DNA from: Nitrospinaceae bacterium
Lineage (GTDB): Bacteria > Nitrospinota > Nitrospinia > Nitrospinales > VA-1
Direction of reading: 5' to 3'
Length of the DNA: 59,415 bases
Assembly (NCBI GenBank): GCA_046754465.1
Contig: JBHHVU010000016.1
Coordinates: forward strand, 1-59,415
Shown: positions 39,559-49,785 of the stretch, one piece after another
How positions within the stretch are numbered: position 1 is the first letter of the stretch
How the letters are laid out: every line of letters starts with the position of its first letter
Notes under the pieces: generated by a model
What the model saw: the letters and a program-made list of their open reading frames with translations, nothing else
Told to the model about the DNA's origin: nothing
Database searches by the model: none
Translations under genes and position numbers: made by a program

Positions 39559-42115
39559 GGGGAACCTGTTCCAGGATATTCATGATGCCGTTCATATCGT
39601 ATTGACCGGCTAGGGGTTTCAAGTGTTCCAGCAAGGAGCGGCCGTCCTCGCCCAGGGTCTCCAATTCCTTCATGCAGGTTTTCAGGTCGGTGATATTGGA
39701 GAGATCGGCGGCTTTTTTGAACCGGTCGATCAAATCGCCCGGCAGCCGGATATCGGGCAGGTCCAGGTTTTTGGATTCGGTGAATTTGCCCCGGGACGAT
39801 TCGGCCTCTTCCTGAACGAAATCGACGTGCAGCAAACGGCCCAGGCAATCGAAGATCCTTTCGATTTGAAACGGTTTGGAGATGAAATCATCGAAACCCG
39901 CTTTCAGGGTTTTTTCGCGCTGGTGCTCGAAGGCCGAGGCGGATATGGCCACGGTTTTGATGGACCCGTATTCCTTTTTAATTGTCCGTATAGCTTCCGC
40001 TCCTCCCATGACGGGCATGCGCAGGTCCATGAAAATAATATCCGGCGCCCGTTTTCGAACCTGTTCGATCGCCTCCTTGCCGTTCTTCGCGGTAACCACC
40101 TCGAATCCGGCGTTTTCCAGGATTTGGGACAACATATCACGATTTTGCAGGTTGTCATCGGCCACCAGCGCCTGGAGACGGACCCCATCGGGCAGGTGGA
40201 ACCCGCGGGCCGCTGGGCTCAATCCGCGGGTCACCTTCCCGCGGGCGGAGGGAAGGGGCAGGGAAAAGAAAAAACGCGATCCGCGCCCGGGTTCGGTATC
40301 CAGTCCCAGGGTTCCATGCATGAGTTCGGTCAGGCGCTTGACGATGGACAGACCCAGGCCGGTGCCGCCCGTTTTGATCCCGTCGGTTTCCTGCTGAAAC
40401 GGATCAAATATATGTTCCCGGTGTTCCTTGGGAATGCCCTTTCCCGAATCGGAAATCTCGAACAGATATTGGTCCCTGTTTTGTGGAGTCACTTTCAGGG
40501 AGATTTGTCCGGAATCGGTGAACTTGACGGCATTGCCCAGGAGATTGATAAAAATCTGCTTTAATTTGATTTCATCCCCGTATACGGGGAGGGGACCTTC
40601 CACGAAGCCCTGGACCTTCCAGCGTATATTTTTTTCTTCGCACCGGGGCCCGATCATGGAGGAAATATTCCGGATGAGTTCATTGAGGTCGAAATTGGTG
40701 GGATGGATTTCCATCTTTCCGGCTTCGATCTTTGAAATGTCGAGAATGTCGTTGATGAGATGCAGGAGATGATCGCCGCTGGTTAAAATGTTTTGCACAT
40801 TGTGTTGCAGTTTCGGTTCCAGGGTTTTGTTTCCCTTCAGGATCTGGGCGTACCCCAGGATGGCGTTCATGGGGGTGCGGATTTCGTGGCTCATGTTGGC
40901 GAGAAAGATGCTCTTGGCCCGATTGGCCCAATCCGCTTCCTCCTTGGCGGCGTGCAAGGCGTTTTCCACCTTTCCACGCGCCGCTATTTCGGATTTCAGG
41001 CGCTGGTTGGTTTCTGTCAATTCCTCGGTCCGGGAGCGCACCTCGCTTTCCACCTGCCGGGTGCGGGAAGCCATCATTTGAAATATGATCGTCATGAAAA
41101 TGGCCAGCGTCAGGATGGTTCCACCGACCCAGAAGGCGTTAGCCACTTGGGGTCCGTTGTGGAAAGCCGGGCTGCCCTGCCACACCAGAAACCATATCCG
41201 CCCGGAAAAATTGATCAGATGGCGGATTTGCCGGAGGGGGTCGGGAAGCAAGTTTCCGTACAGCCGGTTGTTTTCACCCCCGGCGTCTCCGTCGAAAATG
41301 ACCAGATTGATTCCCTTTGCCTGATAGGGCTCGATCATTTGGCGCATCATGTCCCGGATGCGGTAGAACCCCACGATAAATCCCTTCAATTTTTTCCGCC
41401 GCTCGTCCACGGTGGGGGGAATCTTCCGGTCCGTGTAAAAGGGGGCGAAAACGAAGATCCCCGCCTGGTTCTCCTGGTTCCGGAATTTCATCATCATTTC
41501 CGTCGCCGTGGGTTGGCCCGTATCCGTGGCCTGCCGGATCACTTTGTGGAGACCGGGGATGCTGGCCATGTCGAATCCCAGTAAAAAATTGTTTCCCTCC
41601 GAGGGTTCCACGTACGATACGGGAAAATATTCCCCACGGTCCGGAGCCGGGCTCAACCGGCCCTGGCCCGACCGCTCGGTGATTTGGAAACCGGGATAGC
41701 CCTCCGATTCGATGTTGCGTTCATAAACTTTTCGCCGCGGGTGGGGGACACGGGATACCCAGTTCAAACTCTGGATATAACGGTTGTTTTTGAGGATGGG
41801 TTGCACATAGGTTTGGAACTCCTCGCGGCTGACAAATTTAGATGCGTTGAAAAGGGACAGAACCCCGAGCAGTTCTCTCTCGACGACCGCCAGCTTTCCA
41901 CCGAGGATCAGTGTGTTTTCCAGAACCTCCTGTTCCAGCTCGTTGACCCAAATCCGGTGTTGCCGGTCCCAGGTGACGCCAAAGGCGATCCCTGCCAGGA
42001 GCAGCCCGCAAAGGAAGACCCACCGGGTTTGTTTCGCCAGGGAATGGAGTGCGATGGATCGAATCATTCGCCGCTGTGCATTTTTGGAATATTTGGGACC
42101 TGGGGGCGAATCCAT
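39542..42115 (-). CDS. CHASE-domain hybrid sensor histidine kinase (TM-CHASE-TM-HisKA-HATPase-REC)
   Basis: EYFPVSYVEP..GN..LGFD (CHASE), MSHEIRTPMN, GGTGLGL, MDLRMP. Confidence 0.93.
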   Translation of the reverse strand: MDSPPGPKYSKNAQRRMIRSIALHSLAKQTRWVFLCGLLLAGIAFGVTWDRQHRIWVNELEQEVLENTLILGGKLAVVERELLGVLSLFNASKFVSREEFQTYVQPILKNNRYIQSLNWVSRVPHPRRKVYERNIESEGYPGFQITERSGQGRLSPAPDRGEYFPVSYVEPSEGNNFLLGFDMASIPGLHKVIRQATDTGQPTATEMMMKFRNQENQAGIFVFAPFYTDRKIPPTVDERRKKLKGFIVGFYRIRDMMRQMIEPYQAKGINLVIFDGDAGGENNRLYGNLLPDPLRQIRHLINFSGRIWFLVWQGSPAFHNGPQVANAFWVGGTILTLAIFMTIIFQMMASRTRQVESEVRSRTEELTETNQRLKSEIAARGKVENALHAAKEEADWANRAKSIFLANMSHEIRTPMNAILGYAQILKGNKTLEPKLQHNVQNILTSGDHLLHLINDILDISKIEAGKMEIHPTNFDLNELIRNISSMIGPRCEEKNIRWKVQGFVEGPLPVYGDEIKLKQIFINLLGNAVKFTDSGQISLKVTPQNRDQYLFEISDSGKGIPKEHREHIFDPFQQETDGIKTGGTGLGLSIVKRLTELMHGTLGLDTEPGRGSRFFFSLPLPSARGKVTRGLSPAARGFHLPDGVRLQALVADDNLQNRDMLSQILENAGFEVVTAKNGKEAIEQVRKRAPDIIFMDLRMPVMGGAEAIRTIKKEYGSIKTVAISASAFEHQREKTLKAGFDDFISKPFQIERIFDCLGRLLHVDFVQEEAESSRGKFTESKNLDLPDIRLPGDLIDRFKKAADLSNITDLKTCMKELETLGEDGRSLLEHLKPLAGQYDMNGIMNILEQVPHERKP

Positions 42116-42407
42116 CCTCCTCCGGCCCTTGGGTTCTTGCCGGGTTCGGGAATTCCCCCTTTTTTAGTTTGACAGAAAATCGGGGAATCTCAAGTCCGAA
42201 CCGGGAAGGCATCCTGTGTGGACCGGCGGCGAACCGGGGGAGGGGGCAGGGAATAAAATCATGGGGGAGAAAATGAAGGGCAGGCCCCGAACGGGGCCGC
42301 CCTTCGCCAGGGAGGGCAGGAGGAGGCTGCATACGGTTCCCCTTCTCACCAACGGAATATCCAGTCCCGCCTTCAGCGGAATGAATTTGGTCGGAAGGGG
42401 CAGGATT

Positions 42408-42785
42408 TTATTCGCAAAAAATCGATTGGACCGTTTTTAACAATCGGGCTTTCTCAACCGGTTTGAGGATCAGTTCCCTGACCCCCTTGTTGATTAAAAA
42501 ATCCGTTAATTCATCGTCGGGATACCCGGTGATGACCACGATGGGAATTTTCGGGGCCTTCTTGATGAAATAGTCTATGGAATCGACTCCGTTGAGCTTG
42601 GGCATCCGGATGTCGCAAAAGATCAGCCCGATCTGGTCCATGTTGTCTCCGGAATGCAACACCTTGATGGCCATTTCGCCATCCGCCGCCTCGAGAACCG
42701 TGTAACCTAAAGCGGCCAGATGCAGCTGGAGAACTTCCCGATTATTGGGTTCGTCTTCAACAATCAAAATTTTTCTCTTTTCCAT
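42408..42785 (-). CDS. Single-domain response regulator
   Basis: ILIVEDE, CDIRMP, ITG, LKP; AGGAGG RBS. Confidence 0.9.
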   Translation of the reverse strand: MEKRKILIVEDEPNNREVLQLHLAALGYTVLEAADGEMAIKVLHSGDNMDQIGLIFCDIRMPKLNGVDSIDYFIKKAPKIPIVVITGYPDDELTDFLINKGVRELILKPVEKARLLKTVQSIFCE

Positions 42786-42804
42786 AATTGACCTCCTGGG
42801 TCCC

Positions 42805-43378
42805 TTACCTGAGGGTGACCACGATTCCACCCATGACATCATCCACCTGGAAATCGTGTTTGGGCGTGCCGGTTGTGGTAGGTGACGCAGGACTCCGTCA
42901 TCGCCTTGTCCGCATAGACGGCTTGAAAATAGGGTTTCCCTTCTTTTCGCACCAACCGGGTGTAGGGTTTTTCGGGATCACGGACCACCCCCCTCAAACC
43001 GGCGTATTCAAATTCCGACCGGGGGGCGTTATTCCGGTTGACCGGCCAGGGGCTCGCCAATCGATAGCTCATTTTACGGTGTTTGGCGCGGGAGATATTT
43101 GCGGAAAGGGCCAGGAATTGCGCCGGCAGGGGAAGGGTGTTCTCCCGCTCCCAGTTTTCCGTTGCGTGCAGTGAAATGGCATTTGCCAGCCGTTGAACGA
43201 TGTAAGTCGCGTACACGGTGCGATTGGCCTCCAGAACCGCGTGAATGTAATCCGCCGCCAGTTGGACGGGAATCCCGTGTTTCCCCTTTGAGGGGCCGAT
43301 ATCACGATTGGGTTGAATTGTGGAAAAATAAAATGGCAGGCCGATCGTTAAATGGGTCCAAAGGATGGTCTTCAACAT
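42805..43378 (-). pseudogene. DUF3365/Tll0287-like heme c sensor protein, frameshifted, with CxxCH changed to CxxYH
   Basis: LPLPAQF, YRLASPWPVN...FE motifs; ESCVTYHNRH; the family-like tail PKHDFQVDDVMGGIVVTLR* continues in another frame to 42805. Confidence 0.75.
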
Positions 43379-43468
43379 TTCAGAGCCCCCTCTGATAATT
43401 CCCGGACATTTTAAAAGAGAATCCGGATCCTCATTGGTCCCAAAATTACATCGTGTTAAGCAATAAGT

Positions 43469-43513
43469 AAATGATCTGATCAGATCATTTTCAATAGCCT
43501 GATCAGGTCATTT
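43469..43513. promoter_or_regulatory. Perfect 22-bp palindrome plus a degenerate tandem copy (candidate TF operator)
   Basis: AAATGATCTGATCAGATCATTT (43469-43490) and CAATAGCCTGATCAGGTCATTT (43492-43513). Confidence 0.6.
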
Positions 43514-43842
43514 GATGGGAACAGGGAAGAATTTTTACCCTAAAATTCCCATAATCCGCGATTACAGTCCGATAGGGTTCGTTTGGGGATGATTCTCCTT
43601 TGCCATATTCCTGGATAAGTCCTTGGCTTGAAAGGGTTGTCCTTTTAAGGTAGGGGGTGGCAAGGGGCGGCGGCGGACAAAAAATATCTCTTCCGGAACC
43701 GGATTACCTGGCGATCCTAAATCTCATCGCCAGGTGCACGGTTCCCAAATCTGACGCGATATCCACAAAGTTGAAAGTTGGCACGAGGAAATCATTGTGA
43801 TAAAGTTGGCCCAATCTATCATCCTTGAAATGATTTCAATAA

Positions 43843-44643
43843 ATGGAGGGCGGGTCGATGAATGCTGGCTTTTTGAGCCTGATCCTGGCCGGGTTCCTGA
43901 TTTCTGATATTCCGGCAAATCTTAGCCCTGAAGAAAAAGGATTCGCCATTATGAAGGAATCGGAAAAGGATTTCAATGAAATCATAACTTCCCAGGCGGA
44001 CATGACCATGATTATCAAGAAAAAGGATGGGACAAAGGCGACGCGGAATTTCCGGCTCCTCATCTATGTGATTCCTGAAGATGGCGACAAAATCCGTTAT
44101 GTCTTTGACAGTCCGGCGGATGTGAAAGGGATGGTGTTTCTGGTGGTGACCCACAAGTTCGAGCAGGACGATATCTGGGTTTATCTCCCCGATTCGCGGC
44201 GCGTCAAGCGGGTCAGTTCGCAAACCAAGGGGAGCCGGTTCATGGGCAGTGAGTTCGTTTCCGAGGACCTGGCCCGGGAGGAACCGGAAAAATACACTTA
44301 CGGCGCGGTGCGGGAGGAGAACTTCCGGGGACAAAAATGTTTCGTCGTCGAGCGCTTTCCCGTCGAAAAAAGCTCCGTCTATTCCAAACAGGTGGCGTGG
44401 GTGGACCAGGATCAATACCGCGTGCAAAAATTCGATTTTTATGACAAAAAAGGGGTGTTTGTAAAAACACTGACCTTTAATGGATACCGGCTTTACGAAA
44501 ATAAAGTCTGGAGGTGGGATGAGCACGTCCTCGTCAACCATGTCAAAGGGGATTCCACCCGGACCTTGTTTCAAAACTGGAAATTCAATACCGGATTCAA
44601 ACTGCGTGACTTTAGCATCAACAGCTTGAAAAGAACGCGGTAA
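43843..44643 (+). CDS. Outer-membrane lipoprotein-sorting (LolA-like) protein
   Basis: FDSPADVKG..FL, DDIWVYLP..RRVKRVSS, FMGSEF..EDL, terminal LKR. Confidence 0.85.
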   Translation: MEGGSMNAGFLSLILAGFLISDIPANLSPEEKGFAIMKESEKDFNEIITSQADMTMIIKKKDGTKATRNFRLLIYVIPEDGDKIRYVFDSPADVKGMVFLVVTHKFEQDDIWVYLPDSRRVKRVSSQTKGSRFMGSEFVSEDLAREEPEKYTYGAVREENFRGQKCFVVERFPVEKSSVYSKQVAWVDQDQYRVQKFDFYDKKGVFVKTLTFNGYRLYENKVWRWDEHVLVNHVKGDSTRTLFQNWKFNTGFKLRDFSINSLKRTR

Positions 44644-44646
44644 ATC

Positions 44647-45912
44647 GTGGAGGTGCGCGAAAAAAAATCCGGAAAAAAAAATTTTCGTTTCGATGGTTTT
44701 CATTTCCTTGTCCGCCTGGCCCTTTTTCTACCCGTGAGCGTGGGCTTGGGGTTCGTGGGGGGGTGGCCGAAACCCGTGTTCGCCCACAGTCTTCGCGGTT
44801 TCGTGGCCGGCGAGGCCCGGCTGTTCACCAACCCCGCCCTTCAATCGGAACAGGAGAATCATGAATTCTCCGGTGTTGCCGCGCCGGAATATTACCATGA
44901 GTTCGACGACGGCAGCCTTTTCACTCTTGTCCCTTTCTATCGTCAGGACAGCGTGGACAGCCAGCGCACTCATTTCGACCTGCGCGAGTTCACCCTGGTT
45001 GTCCCGAGGGATGGCTGGGAACTGAGACTGGGCGTCCGCAAAGTCTTCTGGGGCGTTACCGAAACCCAGCATCTGGTGGACATCATCAACCAGACGGACC
45101 TCGTGGAAAGCCCCGACCTAGAGGAAAAACTGGGGCAGCCCATGATCAACCTCTCGATCGACCGCGAATGGGGGACGCTGGATTTCTTCTACATGCCGTT
45201 CTTCCGGGAACGGACCTTCCCCGGCCGGCGGGGACGCCTGCGCCTGCCCCTCGTGGTCGATACCGGTCAGACGGCCTTCGAAAGCCCCTCAAAGGAATGG
45301 CATACCGATATCGCCTTCCGGTATTTCAATACGATCGGAAAATGGGATATCGGACTGTCGGAGTTTGTGGGGACCGGACGTGAACCCTCGTTTCGTCTCG
45401 GGCTGAACAACGATGGCAATCTCGTACTGACCCCTTTGTATGAACAGATCAACCAGACCGGACTGGATGTGTTGTTCGTGGAGGACAACTGGATCTGGAA
45501 ATTGGAGGTGATCCACCGCAACGGTCAGGGTAATGAGGATTTCTTCGCCTGGATCGGCGGGTTCGAGTACACCTTTTCGGGGTTGGCGGGCAGGGGCATG
45601 GATCTGGGAGTGCTCGGCGAGTGGTCCTTCGACGACCGGGAGGATGAATCGTCCAACCCCTTGCAGAACGACTTGACGGCGGGCCTGCGATTTGCGTTCA
45701 ACGATGTGGAAGGCACTGAAATATTGATCGCCCTCGTGCAGGATTTGAAACGGGAAACCCGTTCCTTTTTTATCGAAGCCTCCAGCCGCCTGACCGATCA
45801 TTGGCGTCTCACCTTCGAATTCCGCGCCCTGTTCGATCAACCCCTCGATGACCCAGGCTTCGCCCTGAGGGACGATGATTTCTTCCAGGTCGAACTCGCC
45901 TACCATTTTTGA
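44647..45912 (+). CDS. Probable outer-membrane beta-barrel protein
   Basis: Signal peptide, KVFWGVTE..HLVDIINQTD, amphipathic strands, C-terminal ELAYHF; adjacent to the LolA-like gene. Confidence 0.75.
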   Translation: MEVREKKSGKKNFRFDGFHFLVRLALFLPVSVGLGFVGGWPKPVFAHSLRGFVAGEARLFTNPALQSEQENHEFSGVAAPEYYHEFDDGSLFTLVPFYRQDSVDSQRTHFDLREFTLVVPRDGWELRLGVRKVFWGVTETQHLVDIINQTDLVESPDLEEKLGQPMINLSIDREWGTLDFFYMPFFRERTFPGRRGRLRLPLVVDTGQTAFESPSKEWHTDIAFRYFNTIGKWDIGLSEFVGTGREPSFRLGLNNDGNLVLTPLYEQINQTGLDVLFVEDNWIWKLEVIHRNGQGNEDFFAWIGGFEYTFSGLAGRGMDLGVLGEWSFDDREDESSNPLQNDLTAGLRFAFNDVEGTEILIALVQDLKRETRSFFIEASSRLTDHWRLTFEFRALFDQPLDDPGFALRDDDFFQVELAYHF

Positions 45913-46209
45913 GAAAATTTTTCCTCCCTTTTTTTCAAAATTCCAAGATTTAAAGTCCGACCCGAATTCTTCCTTTAATTTTTTTGGTGCATTTGCCGAT
46001 AGTTTTCGGTAAGGTGGCTGCCTTGGAGAAAAGTGATTTTATCCTTATGCGCGCTCATCCTCTTGCCGATTTCCCGGTTCCCAGCCAACTTTTGGTATTA
46101 AAATATTTTAGGGGGGTATGCTTGGTTCTGGAGGCGGATCCCTTTTCGGGGAAGCCCTGGAAAGCGGATACCTCCTGAATTTCATGGTCGGCCCTTTTTT
46201 TGGAATCCT

Positions 46210-48750
46210 ATGAATAAGCCTGAATTACTCAAACTGGATAATCTTTCCAACGGAAGAAGCGTCGAGGCCCTGAAACGGGCGTTCAATGTTCATTTGAAAT
46301 ACACGCTCGCCAAACCGAAATGGAACGCCACCAACCTTGACTTTTACAAAAGCCTCGCCCTGGCCGTCCGCGATCATTTGGTGGAAAAATGGATCGTGAC
46401 CAAGAAACGCCAGTACGATCAAGACGTCAAGCGGGTGAACTACCTTTCGATGGAATACCTGGTGGGGCGCGTGCTCCTCCAGAATATGATGAACCTCGAT
46501 TTGACCCGGGAGTTCGCCCAGGCGGTTCGTGAATTAGGCCACGATCTGGAAGAACTGGAGGAAATGGAGATCGAAGCAGGGTTGGGCAACGGCGGATTGG
46601 GACGCCTCGCGTCCTGTTTCCTGGAATCGATGGCCACGCTGAACCTTCCCGCCAACGGGTACGGCATGCGGTATGAATTTGGCATTTTCCATCAGCATTT
46701 CCGGGACGGGTACCAGGTGGAAGATGCCGATAACTGGCTCCGGCAGGGGAACCCCTGGGAGATTCCCCGGCCGGAGCATCTTTATACCATCAAGTTTTAC
46801 GGCCGGGTCCAGCACATCACCCACCCCAATGGCGGGGAAAGCTATGAATGGGTCGACACCCACGATAACGTGATGGCCATGGCCTACGATATCCTGATAC
46901 CGGGGTACAAGAGCCAGACGGTAAACAATCTGCGCCTGTGGAGCGCCCGATCCACCCGCGAATTCGATTTCGGCTATTTCAACGCTGGGGACTACATCCA
47001 GGCGGTCAGCGAAAAACAGGAAACCGAAACGATCTCGAAAGTGCTTTATCCGAACGACAAGTCGATCCAGGGCCGGGAGCTGCGCTTGAAACAGGAATAT
47101 TTCTTTGTCTCCGCTTCCCTCCAGGACATCATCGCGCGGTATAAAAAATACCATTCCGGATTCGGCGAGTTCAGCGATAAAGTTGCCATCCAGTTGAACG
47201 ACACGCATCCTTCCCTAGCCATCCCGGAATTGATGCGTATTCTTATGGATGTGGAAGGGCTGCCGTGGGAAGAGGCCTGGGAGATCACGGTCCCCACCAT
47301 GGGCTACACCAACCACACGGTTCTGCCGGAGGCGTTGGAAAAGTGGTCGGTGGATCTGCTCGGCCGCGTACTGCCGCGGCATTTGCAGATCATCTACGAG
47401 ATCAATCATCGTTTCCTGAACGAGGTTTCATTACGGTACCCGGGGGATACCGGCCGTCTGCAGCGAATGTCGCTCATCGAGGAAGGCCCAATGAAGTTTG
47501 TCCGTATGCCCAACCTGGCGGTGGTAGGAAGTCATGCGGTGAACGGCGTGGCCGCCTTGCATACGGAAATCCTGAAATCCACCTTGTTCGGGGATTTTCA
47601 TGAAATGTTCCCCGGACGCCTTCAGAACAAGACCAACGGGATCACCCAGCGGACCTGGCTGCTAGGATGCAACCCGCGGCTGGCGGAGTGGATCACCCGG
47701 CACATTGGGGACGATTGGGTGCGGGACCTCACTCAATTGAAAAAACTGCTTCCCTTGGGGGAAGATGCGGGATTTCGCGGCCGGTGGCGGGAAATCAAGC
47801 AAAACAACAAACGGTTCCTGGCCGATTTTATCCGGGAAAAACTGAGCATTGCCGTCAATCCCGAATCGCTTTTCGACGTGCACATCAAACGGATTCATGA
47901 ATACAAGAGACAGCTCTTGAATATTTTTCACGTGATCGCCCTGTACACGCGGATCAAGAAAAATCCGGGAGGCAGCCATCTTCCGCGGACGGTCATTTTT
48001 TCAGGAAAAGCGGCGCCGGGATACGCCATGGCGAAACTCATCATCAAGCTGATCAATAGCGTCGCGGAAACGGTGAACGCCGACGCGGAAGTGGGGGACC
48101 GGCTCAAGGTCGTGTTTCTGCCGAATTATTCCGTTTCGCTCGCGGAGAAGATCATTCCCGCGGCCGATCTTTCCCAGCAGACATCCACCGCCGGGATGGA
48201 GGCTTCCGGCACCGGCAATATGAAACTCGCCCTCAACGGCGCCCTGACCCTGGGAACCCTGGATGGCGCCAATATCGAAATCCTGGAAGAGGTGGGCGAG
48301 GACAATATCTTCATCTTCGGGCTTCGGGCGGATGAAATCCTGGCCCTGAAACAAAAAGGATACCGGCCCCGGGATTATTACCTGGCCCACCGGGAACTGA
48401 AACAGGCGCTGGACATGATTCGGGAAGGGATGTTTTGTCCGCGGGAACCGGAGGTGTTTCATCCTATTGTCAACTCGCTTCTGAATGAAGAAGACCGGTT
48501 CATGGTCTTGGCGGATTTCGATTCCTATTGCGAAAGTCAGAAGCAAATTGAAAGGGAATATCGAAACCCCGAACTCTGGGTCCGTAAATCGATCATCAAC
48601 GCGGCGAATATGGGAAAATTTTCCAGCGATCGAACCATTTGCGAGTACGCGCGGGATATCTGGAACCTGGAACCGTGGTGGGAAATATCGGGTCAGGAAT
48701 CACCCGGTGCTTTTGAAGGCGCCGTGAAATCGGGATCCGTCGGAGAATGA
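46210..48750 (+). CDS. glgP: Glycogen/starch phosphorylase
   Basis: GLGNGGLGRLA, LNDTHP, YTNHT, KRIHEYKRQ, EASGTGNMK (PLP Lys). Confidence 0.97.
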   Translation: MNKPELLKLDNLSNGRSVEALKRAFNVHLKYTLAKPKWNATNLDFYKSLALAVRDHLVEKWIVTKKRQYDQDVKRVNYLSMEYLVGRVLLQNMMNLDLTREFAQAVRELGHDLEELEEMEIEAGLGNGGLGRLASCFLESMATLNLPANGYGMRYEFGIFHQHFRDGYQVEDADNWLRQGNPWEIPRPEHLYTIKFYGRVQHITHPNGGESYEWVDTHDNVMAMAYDILIPGYKSQTVNNLRLWSARSTREFDFGYFNAGDYIQAVSEKQETETISKVLYPNDKSIQGRELRLKQEYFFVSASLQDIIARYKKYHSGFGEFSDKVAIQLNDTHPSLAIPELMRILMDVEGLPWEEAWEITVPTMGYTNHTVLPEALEKWSVDLLGRVLPRHLQIIYEINHRFLNEVSLRYPGDTGRLQRMSLIEEGPMKFVRMPNLAVVGSHAVNGVAALHTEILKSTLFGDFHEMFPGRLQNKTNGITQRTWLLGCNPRLAEWITRHIGDDWVRDLTQLKKLLPLGEDAGFRGRWREIKQNNKRFLADFIREKLSIAVNPESLFDVHIKRIHEYKRQLLNIFHVIALYTRIKKNPGGSHLPRTVIFSGKAAPGYAMAKLIIKLINSVAETVNADAEVGDRLKVVFLPNYSVSLAEKIIPAADLSQQTSTAGMEASGTGNMKLALNGALTLGTLDGANIEILEEVGEDNIFIFGLRADEILALKQKGYRPRDYYLAHRELKQALDMIREGMFCPREPEVFHPIVNSLLNEEDRFMVLADFDSYCESQKQIEREYRNPELWVRKSIINAANMGKFSSDRTICEYARDIWNLEPWWEISGQESPGAFEGAVKSGSVGE

Positions 48751-49029
48751 TCGCGCAACGGGACAGGGACGATGGCGGCGGACGATTTTGAAGAAAAAAA
48801 ATCTCCCGATTCACCGGATGGAACTTCCCGCCCGGAAAAAGAAACCGGCCGAAAAGAAAAAGATGTCCCCGAAAAAGGCCGCTCCGGCCTGGCCAAGAGG
48901 GCGGGCCAACGGCCCGCGCTGCCTTTCAAGAGAAAACCCCCTGATCCGAATCGAGACGGCTAGGGCCGTTGCACGGTCCGTTGGGTTTACGTCCCTCATG
49001 GGGGGAGGAAAGAAGTGGGTTCCGGGGGA

Positions 49030-49671
49030 TCAGCGATACTCCGCGTTCAGGAGTTCCCTGATGGCCGTCTCGGTTTCCCTGTAATTGCCTTCACCATAGT
49101 GTTCGTAGCGCACCATTCCTTTTTTGTCGATCAGGTAGAGGGAAGGCCAGTACCGGTTGCGGTACGCCCGCCAAAGGGCGAATCCGTTGTCCAGGGCAAC
49201 GGGATACATGATTCCGAATTTCCTGACGGCCTCGATCACGTTTTTCGGTTTTCTTTCGAACCGGAATTCCGGGGCGTGCACTCCCAGAACCACGAGGCCT
49301 TTCTCCGCGTATCGGCGATGCCATGTCTTGACGTACGGAAGCGTGCGGACGCAATTGATGCAGGAATAGGTCCAGAAATCGATGAGGACCACCTTGCCCC
49401 GCAAATCTTTTATGGAACGGATCCGGTCCGAATTGATCCAGTTCGTCAGGCCGGTCAACTCGGGGGCGGGGAATAGCGAAGGCAGCCCTTCCGCGTGAGT
49501 GAGAGGGACGGGATTCACCCAGACTAAAAGACACCACCAGACCATCAAGACGCCGGGCCGCTTCAATAATCCCTGGACCGGATGGCCAACCCGGGACGGG
49601 GAAGCCTTGAGCCCAGGGTCCCGCCGCTTTCCCTGGCACCGATCTTGTCTTCCCTGTTTGCTTTTACCCAT
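49030..49671 (-). CDS. Thioredoxin-fold protein resembling the DipZ C-terminal domain
   Basis: DFWTYSCINC, GVHAPEF, NRYWP, HYGEG. Confidence 0.88.
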   Translation of the reverse strand: MGKSKQGRQDRCQGKRRDPGLKASPSRVGHPVQGLLKRPGVLMVWWCLLVWVNPVPLTHAEGLPSLFPAPELTGLTNWINSDRIRSIKDLRGKVVLIDFWTYSCINCVRTLPYVKTWHRRYAEKGLVVLGVHAPEFRFERKPKNVIEAVRKFGIMYPVALDNGFALWRAYRNRYWPSLYLIDKKGMVRYEHYGEGNYRETETAIRELLNAEYR

Positions 49672-49785
49672 GATGATTCCATTCTATAAGGCGGGTAGGG
49701 TATTTGGAATGCCACCCACTTTTTACCACAAGATCTTTTCCCGGCGTGATAATAATTGGGAAAACATTTTGTTTATTGAAACCAG

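Noticed and set aside
42839..42880. Programmed frameshift or Sec read-through in the DUF3365 gene
   Set aside because: No slippery heptamer at the junction, the TGA is not at a Cys position, and the heme motif is independently mutated.
43778..43795. TTGGCACG as a sigma54 -24 box before the LolA-like gene
   Set aside because: No GC at the -12 position with correct spacing.
48772..48963. 63-aa charged ORF after glgP
   Set aside because: Low complexity, weak RBS and no motif; cannot be supported from sequence alone.
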